Positions 50,902-64,000 of a DNA stretch of 64,000 nt are shown here, piece by piece. Under the pieces are notes generated by a model. The model was not told the origin of the DNA. It made no database searches and was given only the letters and a program-made list of their open reading frames with translations. Location of the stretch: NCBI GenBank assembly GCA_963695345.1, contig OY968769.1, positions 192,001-256,000 on the forward strand, read 5' to 3'. The DNA is from an uncultured Methanomassiliicoccales archaeon (lineage in GTDB: Archaea > Thermoplasmatota > Thermoplasmata > Methanomassiliicoccales > UBA472). Numbering within the stretch: the stretch's first letter is position 1; each line of letters begins with the position of its first letter. A program made the translations under genes and the position numbers.

Positions 50902-51812
50902 TCAGTCGCCCCTGCCGATCTCCAGCATCCGCTCCAGGGGCTTCCTGGCCTTTTCGATCACGTCGTCTGACAGTTCGATCGCCGGCTGCAGGGTTTCCAA
51001 GCTCCTGATGATCATCTGCCTCGTGATCATCTTCATGGTCGGGCAGATCGCGCCTTCCACCTCGTAGAACCTCTTGGCGGGGTTCTCCATCCGCAACCGG
51101 TAGGTCATCGTGCCCTCGGTGGCAATGATGAATTCCTGGGCTTCAGATGATTTAGCGAAATTCAATATGCCCTCGGTGGAGGCCACTTTGTCGGCCATAT
51201 CGATGACCTCGGGCCGGCACTCCGGATGGACCACGACCAGAGCCTTGGGGTGGGATTTCTTGAGCAGGGTTATCGCCTCGGGCGAGATCAGGTCGTGGGT
51301 CGGACAGAATCCGGGCCAGACGATGATCTCCTTCTCCGGGAAGAATCTCTGCACATAGTAACCGAGATTGCAGTCGGGCACGAAGAGTATCTGCTTGGCA
51401 TCGATCTTGCTGACCACCTTGACAGCATTGGATGATGTGCAGCATACGTCGGTTTCCGCCTTGCAGGCGGCCGAGGTGTTGACATACGAGACGACGACCG
51501 CCTCCGGGTACTTCTCCCTGACCTCGTGCAGAGACTCCGCATCGCACATCGCCGCCATCGGGCATTTCGCCTGCGGCTCGGGCAGAATAACCGTCTTGGA
51601 TGGGTTAAGGACCTTCGCCGATTCGGCCATGAAATCGACGCCACAGAAGATGATGACATCTGCGGTGGTCAAAGTCGCCTGGATGGAAAGGCCTAGAGAA
51701 TCGCCTACGAAATCTGAGATTTCCTGGATCTCCGGGGGCTGATAGTTATGCGCCAGATATGACGGCGTTCCTTTTCCTTCTTCAGCTCCTGGATTCTTTC
51801 CCAGTCCTGCAT
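50902..51812 (-). CDS. nadA: Quinolinate synthase (indels near 51760-51775)
   Basis: AHNYQ, DFVGDSL, IIFCGVDFMAE, CPMA, YVNTSA, CTSSNA, HPEC, STEG, CPTMK. Confidence 0.95.
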
Positions 51813-51850
51813 TGGAATTGCGATGCCGAATTCGGTATTAAAAACTTGGT

Positions 51851-51878
51851 GGCCAACCCCGAGCCTCCGGGGCTGGCC
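51851..51878. terminator. GC-rich hairpin downstream of sod
   Basis: GGCCAACCCCG-N6-CGGGGCTGGCC, followed by a T-tract on the minus strand. Confidence 0.5.
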
Positions 51879-51916
51879 TGGTGGTTACTGAGCTAAGACT
51901 TGTTCCGGCCCCAGTA

Positions 51917-52535
51917 TCATTTCTGGGCGACCTTGTCGAATTTCTCCGACACATAGTCCCAGTTGATGTTGTTCCAGAACGCTTCGACGTACTTCGGCCT
52001 CAGGTTCTTGTAGTCCACATAGTAGGCGTGCTCCCAAACGTCCAGCACCGCCAGGATCTTGTATCCGGGGATCACGTTGACGTTGTGCTTCTCGATCTGC
52101 ATGACCATCGGTCTTTGGGTCATCGAGCAGTACGTCGAAAGCCGCCCAGCCGGAACCCTCCGCGCTGGTGGCGATCGCGCTGAATTCCTTCTTGAATCGG
52201 TCGAACGAGCCGTATTCGGAATTGATTGCATCGCCCAGATTTCCACCTGGCTGTCCACCCGCCTTGCCTGCCGGCGCCAGGTTCTCCCAGAATATCTTGT
52301 GTAGTTGGTGACCGCCCACATTGAACGAGAACTCCTTCGAGATGGCCTTCATGTCCAGATCGACGTTGTCCTTCCTCGCCGCGGCGAGCTTATCGATGAT
52401 CGCGTTCGCCCCATTAACATAGGCTGCGTGATGCTTGTCATGGTGGAGCATCAACTGTTCCTCGGACAGAAACGGGGCAAGGTCCTTGTAGCCGTACTTC
52501 AGCGGCGGTAGTTCGTACTTCTTTCCTACATCCAT
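51917..52535 (-). CDS. sod: Fe/Mn superoxide dismutase (frameshift near 52135)
   Basis: [38 protein letters not shown]. Confidence 0.95.
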
Positions 52536-52724
52536 GATAACGTCTCCTAATACTGGAGTAATGACTGGAGCCCCAGGTATATTTTCTTTTTGTTCGGTCT
52601 ACGAAATATCGTCTAACGATATGTCAGATATCCTGACCGAAGTCCGTTCCCGTGAAGGTCCACCGGTTCCTACCAGAAGGCGCCCTCCTCATCGGACCAT
52701 GGCCCATGGAGAGAGAGCCTTGGT

Positions 52725-53609
52725 TCAGTCATTGCGAAGAACGTCCCGGAGTCTGTCGACGATTTCGGTGGACGCCTCATCCGCGGGAACCAGGTCGATC
52801 TCCTCGGGGGATGGCGCACCCAATCCCAGCTCCACCGCCCTCCGGATCTGGTCCTGCTGGAATATCCGTCGTGATTCGATGGCTTTGGTGGTACCGTGCA
52901 GCTTCAGGGCGGCCACCCCGACAGCGTCCATTGCCACCCGGTCATCGGATGCCATGGTCATGTTCGCCGGCCACCTGGTCCCGGTCATCGGACCCCCATC
53001 CACGAACGCCTCGACCCCATCCATGACGATCAAATTGGGCCGGTATGCGACGTTCATCTCGGCGATCATCTCCCGGATATGGTTGGAGGAATGCAGCTCG
53101 CGCATGTTGTTCCCGGAGACCATACCGGTAGTGACCTTCATCGACATGGTGAAATGCCCGCCATATCCGTGGGTCTTGAGACAGCATAACGTAATGACCG
53201 CGTCCGCATCCAATACCGGCCTGGCAAACATGAAACCGTCATTCCAGTGGGAACCTGGCGAGGCTACTTTGGTGAACTGGGACCGAGGCATCTCGTCAAA
53301 AATGAGCGTTTCGAAACCGAGGCGCTCGGCCATGGAGAAAATGCCCTTCTCCTGGAACACCTCCCTGGTATTCGCCGGACCGCTCCGGTCGCCCACCACC
53401 ACCTTCTTCGGGCCACCCATCTGGACCATCCTTATGAGCGCCTCCAGGGAATCGTTGTGGGTTGAGCCAGGCGTCGGGTCGGCGGTGTTGAAGTTCGGCT
53501 TGATCAGGACCGTTCCACCGACAACCTCTGGCATCCCGAACGCTTCCACCACCTTCCGCGTACCTGCCTTGCGGTCTGGACCGAAGGCCACGCAAACCTT
53601 TGATCTCAT
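52725..53609 (-). CDS. DUF362 domain protein
   Basis: VLIKPNF, LKTH, FTMSMK, L.VMDG..GGP, DRVAMD. Confidence 0.85.
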   Translation of the reverse strand: MRSKVCVAFGPDRKAGTRKVVEAFGMPEVVGGTVLIKPNFNTADPTPGSTHNDSLEALIRMVQMGGPKKVVVGDRSGPANTREVFQEKGIFSMAERLGFETLIFDEMPRSQFTKVASPGSHWNDGFMFARPVLDADAVITLCCLKTHGYGGHFTMSMKVTTGMVSGNNMRELHSSNHIREMIAEMNVAYRPNLIVMDGVEAFVDGGPMTGTRWPANMTMASDDRVAMDAVGVAALKLHGTTKAIESRRIFQQDQIRRAVELGLGAPSPEEIDLVPADEASTEIVDRLRDVLRND

Positions 53610-53728
53610 CCAATACCCTGGGTCATTTGGGCACGGGACCTATAACTATTCTTTCCGATGGTTGGCGAAAGCAGGCGTTCCAACTTTATAGGCCGGCAAC
53701 ATTACGTTGGTAGGAGATAGAGAGCATC

Positions 53729-54115
53729 ATGCCAAGCAAGAGGGAGAATCTGGCGGACAAGTACTTCGCCTGCAGCCAAAGGGAACGGGTGGTTTTCGAG
53801 GCGGGCATCAAGCTGGGCACCATCTATCACCAATTCGTCGGCACCCCCCTCAGTTCCACCAGCGTCGAATCGCTGGAACGGGCGATCCAGGACGGCGTAA
53901 GGGTACAGCCGTTCGTGAAGGACGTCAAGGTGCATATCTCCCGGGACGCTCTGCGGCGCAAGTCGGACGAATACGACTACCAGACATTGACCGGTCCGAT
54001 GATGGAGGTCACGCTGACGGTCAAGATGGACGCGGTCACCGTCGTTGCCGAGATGCGGTACATCGAGGAGCTCCACTATCCTCTGATGTACGTCAGGTCG
54101 ATCCTGGAGGAGTGA
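53729..54115 (+). CDS. mptD: Archaeal dihydroneopterin aldolase
   Basis: RERVVFEAGIKLGTIYHQFVGTP..QPFV..YPLMY. Confidence 0.92.
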   Translation: MPSKRENLADKYFACSQRERVVFEAGIKLGTIYHQFVGTPLSSTSVESLERAIQDGVRVQPFVKDVKVHISRDALRRKSDEYDYQTLTGPMMEVTLTVKMDAVTVVAEMRYIEELHYPLMYVRSILEE

Positions 54116-54236
54116 ATATCTTCTATATAACAGGTTTAATTTTTTCCATCGAAAAGATAAATAGCCCCAAATGCGTTATGGGTAATTCCTATTTCGGAAT
54201 AGCGGTGAGGGCCTGGTTCGCCCTTCGGTGAATTGA

Positions 54237-54780
54237 ATGAACAACATCAAGATCGGTATAACTGGCCTTCCAAGTGCGGGCAAGACGCACACCCTGGTAA
54301 AGGTTATCGAGATGCTCGAGGCGGAGGACCTCAAGGTCGGAGGAATGATCACCGAACCTATCATGGACGACAAGAAGCGAAGTGGCTTCTACGTCATCGA
54401 CTGGCGTACCAAGGAGAAAGGGGTGCTGGCCTCCACGGACATAACGAGCAAGTTCATGGTGGGCAAGTACGGCATCGACCTTAGTGTGCTGGAGGATGTC
54501 GGCGTCCGGGCGCTGGAGACGGCGTGCGCCGAATCCGACGTGATCGTGATCGATGAGGTGGGCAAGATCGAGGTCGAGAGCGAGAAGTTCGTCAATGCTG
54601 TGAAGGCGGCGTTGGACGTGGAGAAGCCCATACTGCTTGACGTTGCACAAGAAATCGCGCAATCCCCTGCTGCAGGACATCCGCCGCAGGGATGACGTTA
54701 GGATACTCGAGGTGACGCCGATCAACCGGAACCTGCTGCCCTATAAGATCATGAAGCTCATGAAGGGAGAGCTTCTTTGA
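54237..54780 (+). CDS. THEP1-type nucleoside triphosphatase (frameshift near 54640)
   Basis: ITGLPSAGKT, GGMITE, VGKY, IVIDEVGKIE. Confidence 0.9.
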
Positions 54781-55889
54781 GCCAGCCGGCTGACTCTGAA
54801 CTATCCCTCGAAGGCGCGACCCAGATCTATATCCCGGTCAACCACACCGATCACGGACCGGGAAAGATCCAGGGGAGGGTATTCTATAACCGCCAAATGG
54901 CATTCAACCGGGATATTTCGGTCATGTTCTTCAGCTCACCGCAGGTCACGGTGCGCAGGGCGATCGACGCCATGTCCGCCACCGGCGTCCGGGCGGTCCG
55001 GATCGCCAATGAGGCCCGGCCTGACATCCATTTCGATATCTGCGACCGGGATTCATTAGCCACGGAGTTCATCAGGGAGAACATCGTCCTGAACCGCCTG
55101 GAGAACTGCACCGCGATCAACAACGACCTGCGATGCCAACTTGCCCAGGAATACTACGATTACGTGGACCTGGACCCCTTTGGCACTCCAGTAGATTTCA
55201 TTCCAGCGGCGCTGCAGTCGCTTAAGCGGAACGGGATCTTGGCAATCACGGCAACCGACACCGCCCCCTTGGCCGGAGCGCAATCCAAGAAATGTGTCCG
55301 ACGTTACGGTGCGATGCCTTGCCGGGGGGAGTTCTGCCATGAGGCCGGATTGAGGATACTGATCGGCTACGTTGCCAAGGAGGCGGCGAAACTGGACAAG
55401 GGAACGGTACCGATGCTCTGCTTCTATGCCGACCACTACATGAGGCTCTACCTGAGGATGCCCCAGTCAGCGAACCATGCGGACGCCGCCCTGGACCAGA
55501 TCGGCCACATGCAGTTCGACCGCTCCACCCATGAAAGGACGACATCCAAGCATCCCCGCACCACGAAGGATTGCGGGCCCATGTGGCTCGGGCCCCTGGC
55601 TGACAAGGACTTCCTCGGCTCCATGAAGATGCCTGATTCTCTTGCCGAAAGGGACCGATGCGCCAAGTACATGGACCTGTGGACCGAGGAACTGGACGTT
55701 CCCTACTACTTCGAGAACAACGAACTGTCTTCCGTCGCCAAGCTGTCCCCGCCCAGGAGGGAGGTCTTGATGGAAAGGATGAAGCAGATCGGTCTCGCTT
55801 CCCGGACGCACATGTCGCCCACTGGGTTCAAGTCCGACCGTAGTTTCGCGGAAATACTGGCCGCCTACCGGGATATCGGCCTCCCATGA
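54777..55889 (+). CDS. trm1: tRNA (guanine26-N2)-dimethyltransferase
   Basis: VFYN.QM.FNRD, MSATGVRAVR, DLDPFGTP, TATD, E.GLRIL, GPMWLGPL, RTH.SPTGFK. Confidence 0.95.
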   Translation: MSQPADSELSLEGATQIYIPVNHTDHGPGKIQGRVFYNRQMAFNRDISVMFFSSPQVTVRRAIDAMSATGVRAVRIANEARPDIHFDICDRDSLATEFIRENIVLNRLENCTAINNDLRCQLAQEYYDYVDLDPFGTPVDFIPAALQSLKRNGILAITATDTAPLAGAQSKKCVRRYGAMPCRGEFCHEAGLRILIGYVAKEAAKLDKGTVPMLCFYADHYMRLYLRMPQSANHADAALDQIGHMQFDRSTHERTTSKHPRTTKDCGPMWLGPLADKDFLGSMKMPDSLAERDRCAKYMDLWTEELDVPYYFENNELSSVAKLSPPRREVLMERMKQIGLASRTHMSPTGFKSDRSFAEILAAYRDIGLP

Positions 55890-57242
<1,353 letters not shown>

Positions 57243-57460
57243 TATCCTTCTGGACCTCAATCACCGACATAACATGGTCTCCATGGACCGGCCAGTGGCT
57301 TGATTTCGAAATGGTGCGGCTCCAGCCGTCGATGTTGAGGGTCGATCCAGTACCATCCGTACTTTTTACCGCGAGGACAAGCAACCGATCGCATGATCTT
57401 TTCGACCTCCGAAAGCATGAACTACCTGTGGCTTCCTAGTAACAACTAGAGGGTGAAAAA

Positions 57461-58003
57461 ATGGTAACCGGCAACCTGTTGGTGACCTTTCGCCCAACCC
57501 AGAAAGGTCACGCTGAAGAAGAGATAAGAGCAAGACTCAAGGACGTTGGCGCCTACGTCGACAGTATCAAGGAAACGGAGGTCGAGGGCGTATGCGAGGT
57601 CAAGGTCCTTGGGGACCCGAAGGAAGTCGTGGCGGACCTACGAAAACTGTGTTTTCAAGACCCCGAAGAGTTCCCATATACACACCATTGGGTCCCGCTG
57701 GAGAAATGGGTCGAACCATACATCGACGAGATGCTTAAGGTTACGACCGAATACGGAAAACAAATAGGCGGCAATGAGAGATGGATGATGCATCTGCACA
57801 AACGCCATACCGGGCGGCACTCATCCGAGCTCATTGAGAGACTGACCGAACCCATCAACCAGGGTATCGTGGACCTGAGGGATCCACAGAAAATAGTAGT
57901 CGTAGAGATGATGGGCGATCGGACTGGCATGTCCCTGGTGAGGAGCGAGGAACTGCTGGATGTCATCAAGGTCAGGGAGACGATAGAGAAACGGATGCTG
58001 TAA
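57461..58003 (+). CDS. Stand-alone THUMP-domain protein
   Basis: NLLVTF, WVPLEKW, VDLRDPQKIVVVEMMG. Confidence 0.8.
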   Translation: MVTGNLLVTFRPTQKGHAEEEIRARLKDVGAYVDSIKETEVEGVCEVKVLGDPKEVVADLRKLCFQDPEEFPYTHHWVPLEKWVEPYIDEMLKVTTEYGKQIGGNERWMMHLHKRHTGRHSSELIERLTEPINQGIVDLRDPQKIVVVEMMGDRTGMSLVRSEELLDVIKVRETIEKRML

Positions 58004-58242
58004 GTACCGATGTGGAGGCATCCACCAGCATGGGTCGGGCTCCGTGGCGAGAGGGCAGCCTAGTTAACGCATTGGCATTCGTAATGCTGAGTGATGCTGA
58101 AGGGTTACCTCAAGTCCGGAAAGGAGTGACGATACCACACCTCCATGCATAAGGAACGAAGATGAGTTGAAAGTAAAACGACGAATTGTGTTCAAATCTC
58201 TCAAAGCACGGGTTCAGTCATTTCAAGGAGCAGACACGCGGT

Positions 58243-58755
58243 TCATGGGTCATCCCCTGTCTCTTCCTGCCCCTTCTCCTTTCGGCATCTTCCCCGACAA
58301 CAGTTCTTCCGCCCAACCGCCCCCCCTTCGTCTGGGCAGACGTGGAGGTCGCTGCTTCCACAGAATGGACATTGGGTTTGCTCAGATATCGAAGAGGGAC
58401 ATTCCCATACCGCGTGGCACCCATGGCATTCACGCATTGTACGTTTTACCAAGGTGTAGTTTCCACCGCCGATCTCGATCGCCTTCCCTTTCACCAAGGC
58501 TTCGGCAATCTTCTTTCTGGCATTCTGAAGGTCCTCCCAGACGGCCCTTCGGGAGATGCCCATCCTTTGGGCAGCTTCCTCCTGGTCAAGTCCCTCCATA
58601 TCCGACAATCGAACGACCTCGAGCTCTTCCAGCGAAAGGAGGACAACTTCAAGTTCCCTCATCGGTACTCCCCGGGGCTTAAAATATGTGACCACTGGCT
58701 CAGTTTCTATCCGTCTTGGACATCGTGGTCTTCCCGGTCTCATAGACTCCCTCAT
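58243..58755 (-). CDS. DUF134 (UPF0251) HTH protein with a C-terminal Cys-rich ribbon
   Basis: [42 protein letters not shown]; CHGC..CPFCGS. Confidence 0.9.
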   Translation of the reverse strand: MRESMRPGRPRCPRRIETEPVVTYFKPRGVPMRELEVVLLSLEELEVVRLSDMEGLDQEEAAQRMGISRRAVWEDLQNARKKIAEALVKGKAIEIGGGNYTLVKRTMRECHGCHAVWECPSSISEQTQCPFCGSSDLHVCPDEGGAVGRKNCCRGRCRKEKGQEETGDDP

Positions 58756-59026
58756 TTACGGGAAAATATATTTTGCTTTCTTATAATCGAATGTGGGTGA
58801 TATGCCTTCCATTCATTTCATTATGCTTATGTTCAGTAAAAAGGTCAATCCTTCAAGAAGGACCAAGGCCGAGCATGACCTCGCTTAACTACATGTTCAA
58901 AGGGACCGGTGGTCTTGTATCAATTCGCTATTGACGTCTATGAATGTGGGCACCCGATGACCCACGTCTTTCATTCCCCAGATTTTGCGATGCTTTAAGT
59001 ATGATTCATATCAATTTGCGGGTTCA

Positions 59027-59272
59027 ATGTCAGAGACCCAGCAATCGGGACTGCCCCGTCCCGTCATCATCGAGGACGAGTGCAAGGGATGCGGCCGATG
59101 CGTGAACGCCTGCCCGAAGAAGGTCCTCCAGATGTCCAGCAAGATCAACAAGAAGGGATTCATCCCCGCCGAATACATCGGCGAAGGATGCACTGGCTGT
59201 TCCATCTGTTACTACAACTGCCCCGAGCCCTACGCCATCGAGGTCCATACCGAAAAGAAGGTGACGAAATGA
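59027..59272 (+). CDS. 2[4Fe-4S] ferredoxin subunit of 2-oxoacid (Vor-type) oxidoreductase
   Basis: [12 protein letters not shown] and [13 protein letters not shown]. Confidence 0.92.
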   Translation: MSETQQSGLPRPVIIEDECKGCGRCVNACPKKVLQMSSKINKKGFIPAEYIGEGCTGCSICYYNCPEPYAIEVHTEKKVTK

Positions 59273-60329
59273 GGAAGTTCATGAAAGGAAACGAGGCCGT
59301 GGTCATCGGCGCACTGTACGCCGGATGCGATGTCTATTTCGGTTATCCGATCACCCCGGCCAGCGAGATCGCCGATGGCGCCGCCGAACTGTTCCCCCAG
59401 CTGGGCAAGGAGTACCTCCAGGCGGAGTGCGAGACCGCTTCCATCAACATGATCTACGGTGCGGCGAGCGGCGGCAAGCTGGCCATGACCGCATCCTCCG
59501 GACCGGGGATCAGCCTGATGCAGGAAGGCATATCCTACCTGGCCGGGGCACAGCTGCCGGCGCTCATCGTCAACATCATGCGGGCCGGGCCGGGGCTGGG
59601 CAACATCGGTCCGGAGCAGGGCGACTACAATCAGGCGGTGAAGGGCGGCGGCCATGGCAATTACCACTGCCATTGTCCTTGCTCCAGCGTCGGTGCAGGA
59701 GATGTGCGACCTGACCATGAAGGCGTTCGAACTGGCGTTCAAGTACCGCAACCCGGCCATGATCCTGGCGGACGCCATCCTGGGCCAGGTGATGGAGTCG
59801 TTGAAGCTTCCGGAAAGAGAGGCGCAAAGACCGGACACTTCGAGCTGGTCGGTACAGGGCGATGCCGGAACCACGCAAGAATCTGATCACCTCCATCTAT
59901 CTGGACCTGGAGCTGATGGAGAAGCACAACCGAGATGCTCCAGGAGAAGTACGCCGCCATGGAGCAGGAGGCCATGTCCGAATCGTACCTCACCGACGAC
60001 GCGGAGATCTGATCCTCACCGGATACGGAACGAGCGCCCGGGTGGCCCGTTCCGCCGTGGACCAGCTGAGAAAGGAAGGGATCAAGGCCGGTCTGTTCCG
60101 ACCGATCTCCCTGATGCCGTTCCCGACCAAGGAGCTGAACCGGGCAATGCTCGGCAAGAAGGTGCTGGTGGTGGAGATGAGCAACGGTCAGTACCGGGAC
60201 GACGTGCTGCTTCACCTGGACCGGGACAAGCGGACGCCGGTCCGCCTGGTCAACCGCATGGGTGGTAACCTGATCCAGGTCGAGGATGTGCTCAAGGCGG
60301 CGCGCGCCATGATCAAGGAGGTGCAATGA
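59269..60329 (+). CDS. vorB: 2-oxoisovalerate:ferredoxin oxidoreductase alpha subunit (frameshifted)
   Basis: [51 protein letters not shown]. Confidence 0.88.
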
Positions 60330-61743
60330 TGGCGACATGATCAAGAAGGCCACCGGCTTCTACGAGACGTTCGACCGCAAGGACGGCACGAAGACGACGA
60401 CATATCTGCGCCGGCTGCGGGCACGGCATCATCCAGAAGCTGATCGCCGAGGCCATGGCCGACCTGGGCATCCAGGACCGGACGGTGTTCGTATCCCGGT
60501 GGGATGCGCGGCGTTCTGCTTCTACTACTTCGACTGCGGCAACGTGGCCGGACCGCATGGGCGGGCGTCGGCGGTGGCCACCGGCGTGTCCCGGGTCGCT
60601 CCCGGACAAGGTGGTCATCGCCTACCAGGGGGACGGGGACCTGGGGGCGATCGGTTTCAACAACGCATTCCAGGCGGCCAACCGCGGCGAGCATTTCGCC
60701 GCTTCTTCGTCAACAACTCCATCTTCGCCATGACCGGCGGCCAGATGGCCCCGACCACGCTGCCGGGGCAGAAGACCACCACGACCCCGTTCGGCCGGGA
60801 CGTGGCCAAGACTGGTTACCCGCTGCACGATGTGCGAGGTGTTCGCCCAGCTGGAGGCGCCGGTCTTCATCGAGCGCGTCTCCGTCGCCGACACCAAGCG
60901 CATCATGCAGGCCAAGAAGGCGGTGCGCAAGGCACTGGAGATCCAGAGGGACGGAAAGGGATACGCGTTCGTGGAGTTCCTCTCCCCCTGCCCCACCAAC
61001 TGGAGGATGGACGCCATCAAGTCGGCGGAGTTCGTCACCAACGAGATGGAGAAGGTGTTCCCGCTGGGCTGCTTCCGGGACCGCAGCGCCGAGCCGGGCC
61101 TGAAGCGCCATGCCGATCGAGCAGAAGACGCTCGAAGGACCTCATGGGCGACGACCGGCGCATGGCATAGACCCGGTCCCCGACCCGAAGTTCGGGGAGA
61201 AGCGCTTCAAGTTCTCCGGGTTCGGAGGACAGGGCGTGCTGAGCCTCGGACTGGTCGTGGCCGAGGCGGCGGGAAACGATGGCCGATACGTCTCCTGGCT
61301 GCCCAGCTACGGGCCGGAACAGAGGGGCGGTTCCGCCTCCTGCTCGGTCGTGATGAGCGGCCAGCAGGTCGGTTCGCCGACCGTGGATAAGCCCGACGTC
61401 CTGGTGTGCATGAACCAGCCCTCCCTGGAGAAGTTCGGTTCCACCGTCAGCCAGGGAGGGGTGCTCATCTACGAGGCAATCGCTGCCCGGTAACGCCTGA
61501 GGTCAGGAGCGATGTCCGGGTGATCGCGTTCCCGGCCATGAAGATCGCCAGCGACAACGGCGTGCCCAAGGCGGCCAACACCGCGTTCCTGGGCTGCATG
61601 AGCGCCCTGGGTCTGATAGGGCTGCCGGAGGAGCACATCCTCGAGGCGCTGGCCGAGAGCTTCGCCTCGAAGCCGCATTGGTGGAGAAGAACGAGAAGGT
61701 GTTCGAGGCGGCCAAGGCGTGGGTGGCATCGAATATAAAGTAA
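60326..61743 (+). CDS. vorA: 2-oxoisovalerate:ferredoxin oxidoreductase fused beta-gamma subunit (heavily frameshifted)
   Basis: [61 protein letters not shown]. Confidence 0.85.
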
Positions 61744-61757
61744 TCGGGCATCAGCGT

Positions 61758-61779
61758 GGCCGAATCAAGTGATTCGGCC
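61758..61779 (+). terminator. Hairpin after the vor operon
   Basis: GGCCGAATCA-AG-TGATTCGGCC followed by a pyrimidine tract. Confidence 0.6.
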
Positions 61780-61960
61780 GCCACCTTCATTTTCTTCCAA
61801 CCGATGACCGCACCAAGGGCAGCATCTTACAATCAACCTTGACCGTCCTGGATAACCTTAAAATAGAAAACCAGGGCATTCGTCCAGAAGGACCAGGTTT
61901 GCCAGACGTCCCTTGGACAATAATGGCATCCTTTCCATCGATTCGATCTGCAGGGATAGT

Positions 61961-62529
61961 ATGACTTCTCCGGACAAGCTCGGAACCCGAATACGCACGT
62001 ACCGCGAACGCCTGGGATTAACTCCTGAGGATCTGGCCAAGAACGCCGGCCTGGATCTGGTCCTCCTGAAGAGCATCGAGGAGAACCGGGCCTACCCGGC
62101 GATCGGCGTTCTGGTCAAGCTCAGCCGCGGCCCTCGGGCAGCGCCTGGGCACATTCATGGACGACCAGTTCATCGAGGACCCGCTGATCGTGAGGGCGGA
62201 CGAGCGCAAGGAGGAGACCACCGGGCGACCAGGGGAGCCGGACCGGACCACTGCTCACTACTACGCTCTGGGAAAGGGCAAGACCGACCGCCACATGGAC
62301 CCGTTCTATGTCGAGTTCAACGGAGGCGGCGAGAGGCAGCTGTCCTCCCACGAGGGCGAGGAGTTCATCATCGTGGTCTCTGGGAAGATCGAGCTGATCT
62401 ACGGCAAGCAGACGTTCATCCTGGGACCGGGCGATTCGATGTACTACAACTCGGTCGTGCCGCATCATGTAGGTTCGGCGACCGACGGTCCTGCCTCGAT
62501 ATACGCGGTCGGTCTACACTCCGTTCTGA
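61961..62529 (+). CDS. XRE-HTH + cupin transcriptional regulator (frameshifted)
   Basis: LGTRIRTYRE..LT.EDLA; MDPF; SHEGEEFI.V.SG; L.PGDSMYYNS.VPH. Confidence 0.9.
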
Positions 62530-62539
62530 GGTGGTCCAC

Positions 62540-64000
62540 ATGGTACGGAAGGAGATCACCAGAGAGGCGACGCTCGGCCAGCTCCTGGACGAGACGGTCG
62601 CCAAGTATCCGGACAACGAGGCCATCGTCTATGCGGACCGGGACTATCGCGAGACGTGGAGGGAGTTCAGCAACACCGTCGACCGGGTCGCCAAGGGGCT
62701 CATGGCCTTGGGCGTCAAGAAGGGCGAGAAGGTGGCGGTATGGGCCACCAACGTGCCCCACTGGGTCACGCTGCAGTTCGCCACCGCGAAGATCGGTGCG
62801 ATCCTGCTCACCATCAACATCAACTACAAGTCGACCGAGATCGAATACGTCCTGAAGCAGTCGGACTGCGAGAACATCTTCGTCATCGACGGTTACCGGG
62901 ACACCGACTATGTCAGCATCCTCTACGAGCTCATCCCGGAGCTGAAGACCCAGCCCCGAGACAAACTGCACACCGAGAGGTTCCCGCACCTGCAGCGGGT
63001 GATGTTCCTCGGCCCGGAGAAGCACCGGGGCATGTACTCGATGCCTGAGGTGATGGCGATGGCGGCCCAGGTCGGCGACCGAGGAGTACGAAGAGAGACA
63101 GGCGACCCTGAGCTGCTACGATGTCGTCAACATGCAGTACACCTCCGGAACCACCGGTTTCCCCAAGGGGGTCATGCTGACCCACTTCAACATCGCGCAA
63201 CAACGGCTACTGGATCGGGGCGAACAAGAACTTCAGCGACCGAACGACCGCATTTGCCTGCCCGTGCCGCTGTTCCACTGCTTCGGCTGCGTGCTGGGGG
63301 TGATGGCCAGCCTGAACTCGGGGCAGCACCATGGTCATCCTGGAGAAGTACGACCCGGTCAACGTGATGATGGCGATAGAGAAGGAGAGGTGCACCGCGC
63401 GTGTACGGCGTGCCGACCATGTTCATCACCATCCTGGACCACCCGCTGTTCAACAAGTTCGACTTCACCACGCTGCGCACCGGCATCATGGCCGGCTCCC
63501 CGTGCCCGGTCAAGATCGATGAACGAGTGCGTGGAGATGATGAACATGACCGAGGTGACCAACGTGTACGGCCTGACCGAGTCCTCGCCTGGGCATGACC
63601 CAGACCCGATATGACGAGCCGTCCCTGGAGAGGAAGTGCTCCACCGTCGGAAAGGCCATGCCGGGCGTCGAGGTCGCGGTCATCAATCCGGACACTGGAG
63701 AGTTCTGCAAGGACGAGGAGCACGGCGAGCTGTGCTGCCGCGGCTACAACGTGATGAAGGGATACTACAAGATGCCCGAGGAGACCGCCCAGGCCATCGA
63801 CAAGGACGGTTGGCTCCATTCCGGGGACATCGGCAAGAGGGACAAGGACGGATACTTCTCGGTCACCGGACGCCTGAAGGACATGATCATCCGGGGCGGG
63901 GAGAACATCTACCCCAAGGAGGTCGAGGACTTCGTCCACCACATGCCCGGGGTCAAGGACGTCCAGGTGGTCGGCGTGCCCGAGCAAGAAGTACGGCGAG
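62540..64000 (+). CDS. AMP-binding acyl-CoA synthetase (frameshifted; 3' end outside the window)
   Basis: [53 protein letters not shown]. Confidence 0.93.

Noticed and set aside
52534-53691. 385-aa plus-strand ORF, and similar long ORFs at 35409-36497, 39693-40649, 58186-58800, 19101-19970 and 10337-11086
   Set aside because: These are antisense or alternate-frame shadows of well-supported genes in GC-rich DNA, with no recognisable motifs
61913-63367. HTH-acyl-CoA synthetase fusion suggested by the 484-aa ORF
   Set aside because: Artefact of compensating frameshifts; the cupin gene ends at about 62529 and the ligase has its own GAGGTGG RBS and ATG at 62540

Overview
Chromosomal window of a GC-rich archaeon, most likely a Methanomassiliicoccales/Thermoplasmata methanogen. 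This is inferred from archaeal AspRS, DnaG, Trm1, MptD, Nre, FBP aldolase/phosphatase, Vor oxidoreductase, an intron-containing tRNA-Ser and GGTGA/GGAGG ribosome-binding sites. Many genes, including housekeeping ones, are broken by small indels, often in homopolymers, which look like long-read consensus errors. I therefore joined split ORFs by hand. Most of the window is housekeeping or metabolic: larB/larE, cobQ, dnaG, tpiA, fbp, aspS, nadA, sod, mptD, trm1, purA, vor genes and an acyl-CoA synthetase. The strongest candidate for an undescribed system is a more AT-rich accessory island at about 5.8-15.9 kb. It encodes (i) a kinase-like/P-loop ATPase/RyR-domain protein, (ii) a HEAT-DUF4062 gene followed by an array of 11 x 40-aa TPR-like repeats, with the expected central ATPase missing, and (iii) a convergent 2TM-channel/TrkA-N/RyR/SLOG fusion. 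These are followed by a duplicated pair of tiny 'MNWG' membrane-protein genes. Together this looks like a nucleotide-gated ion-channel conflict or defence module (inference). Other notable items are an orphan contractile tail-sheath gene, a UDG-like gene with an altered motif, an MccF-like peptidase near aspS, a protease-less Lon ATPase, an apparent CTG start for purA, and several small ORFs missed by the ORF track. No integrase, transposase, CRISPR array or rRNA was seen. All domain calls come from motif recognition by eye, not from database searches.
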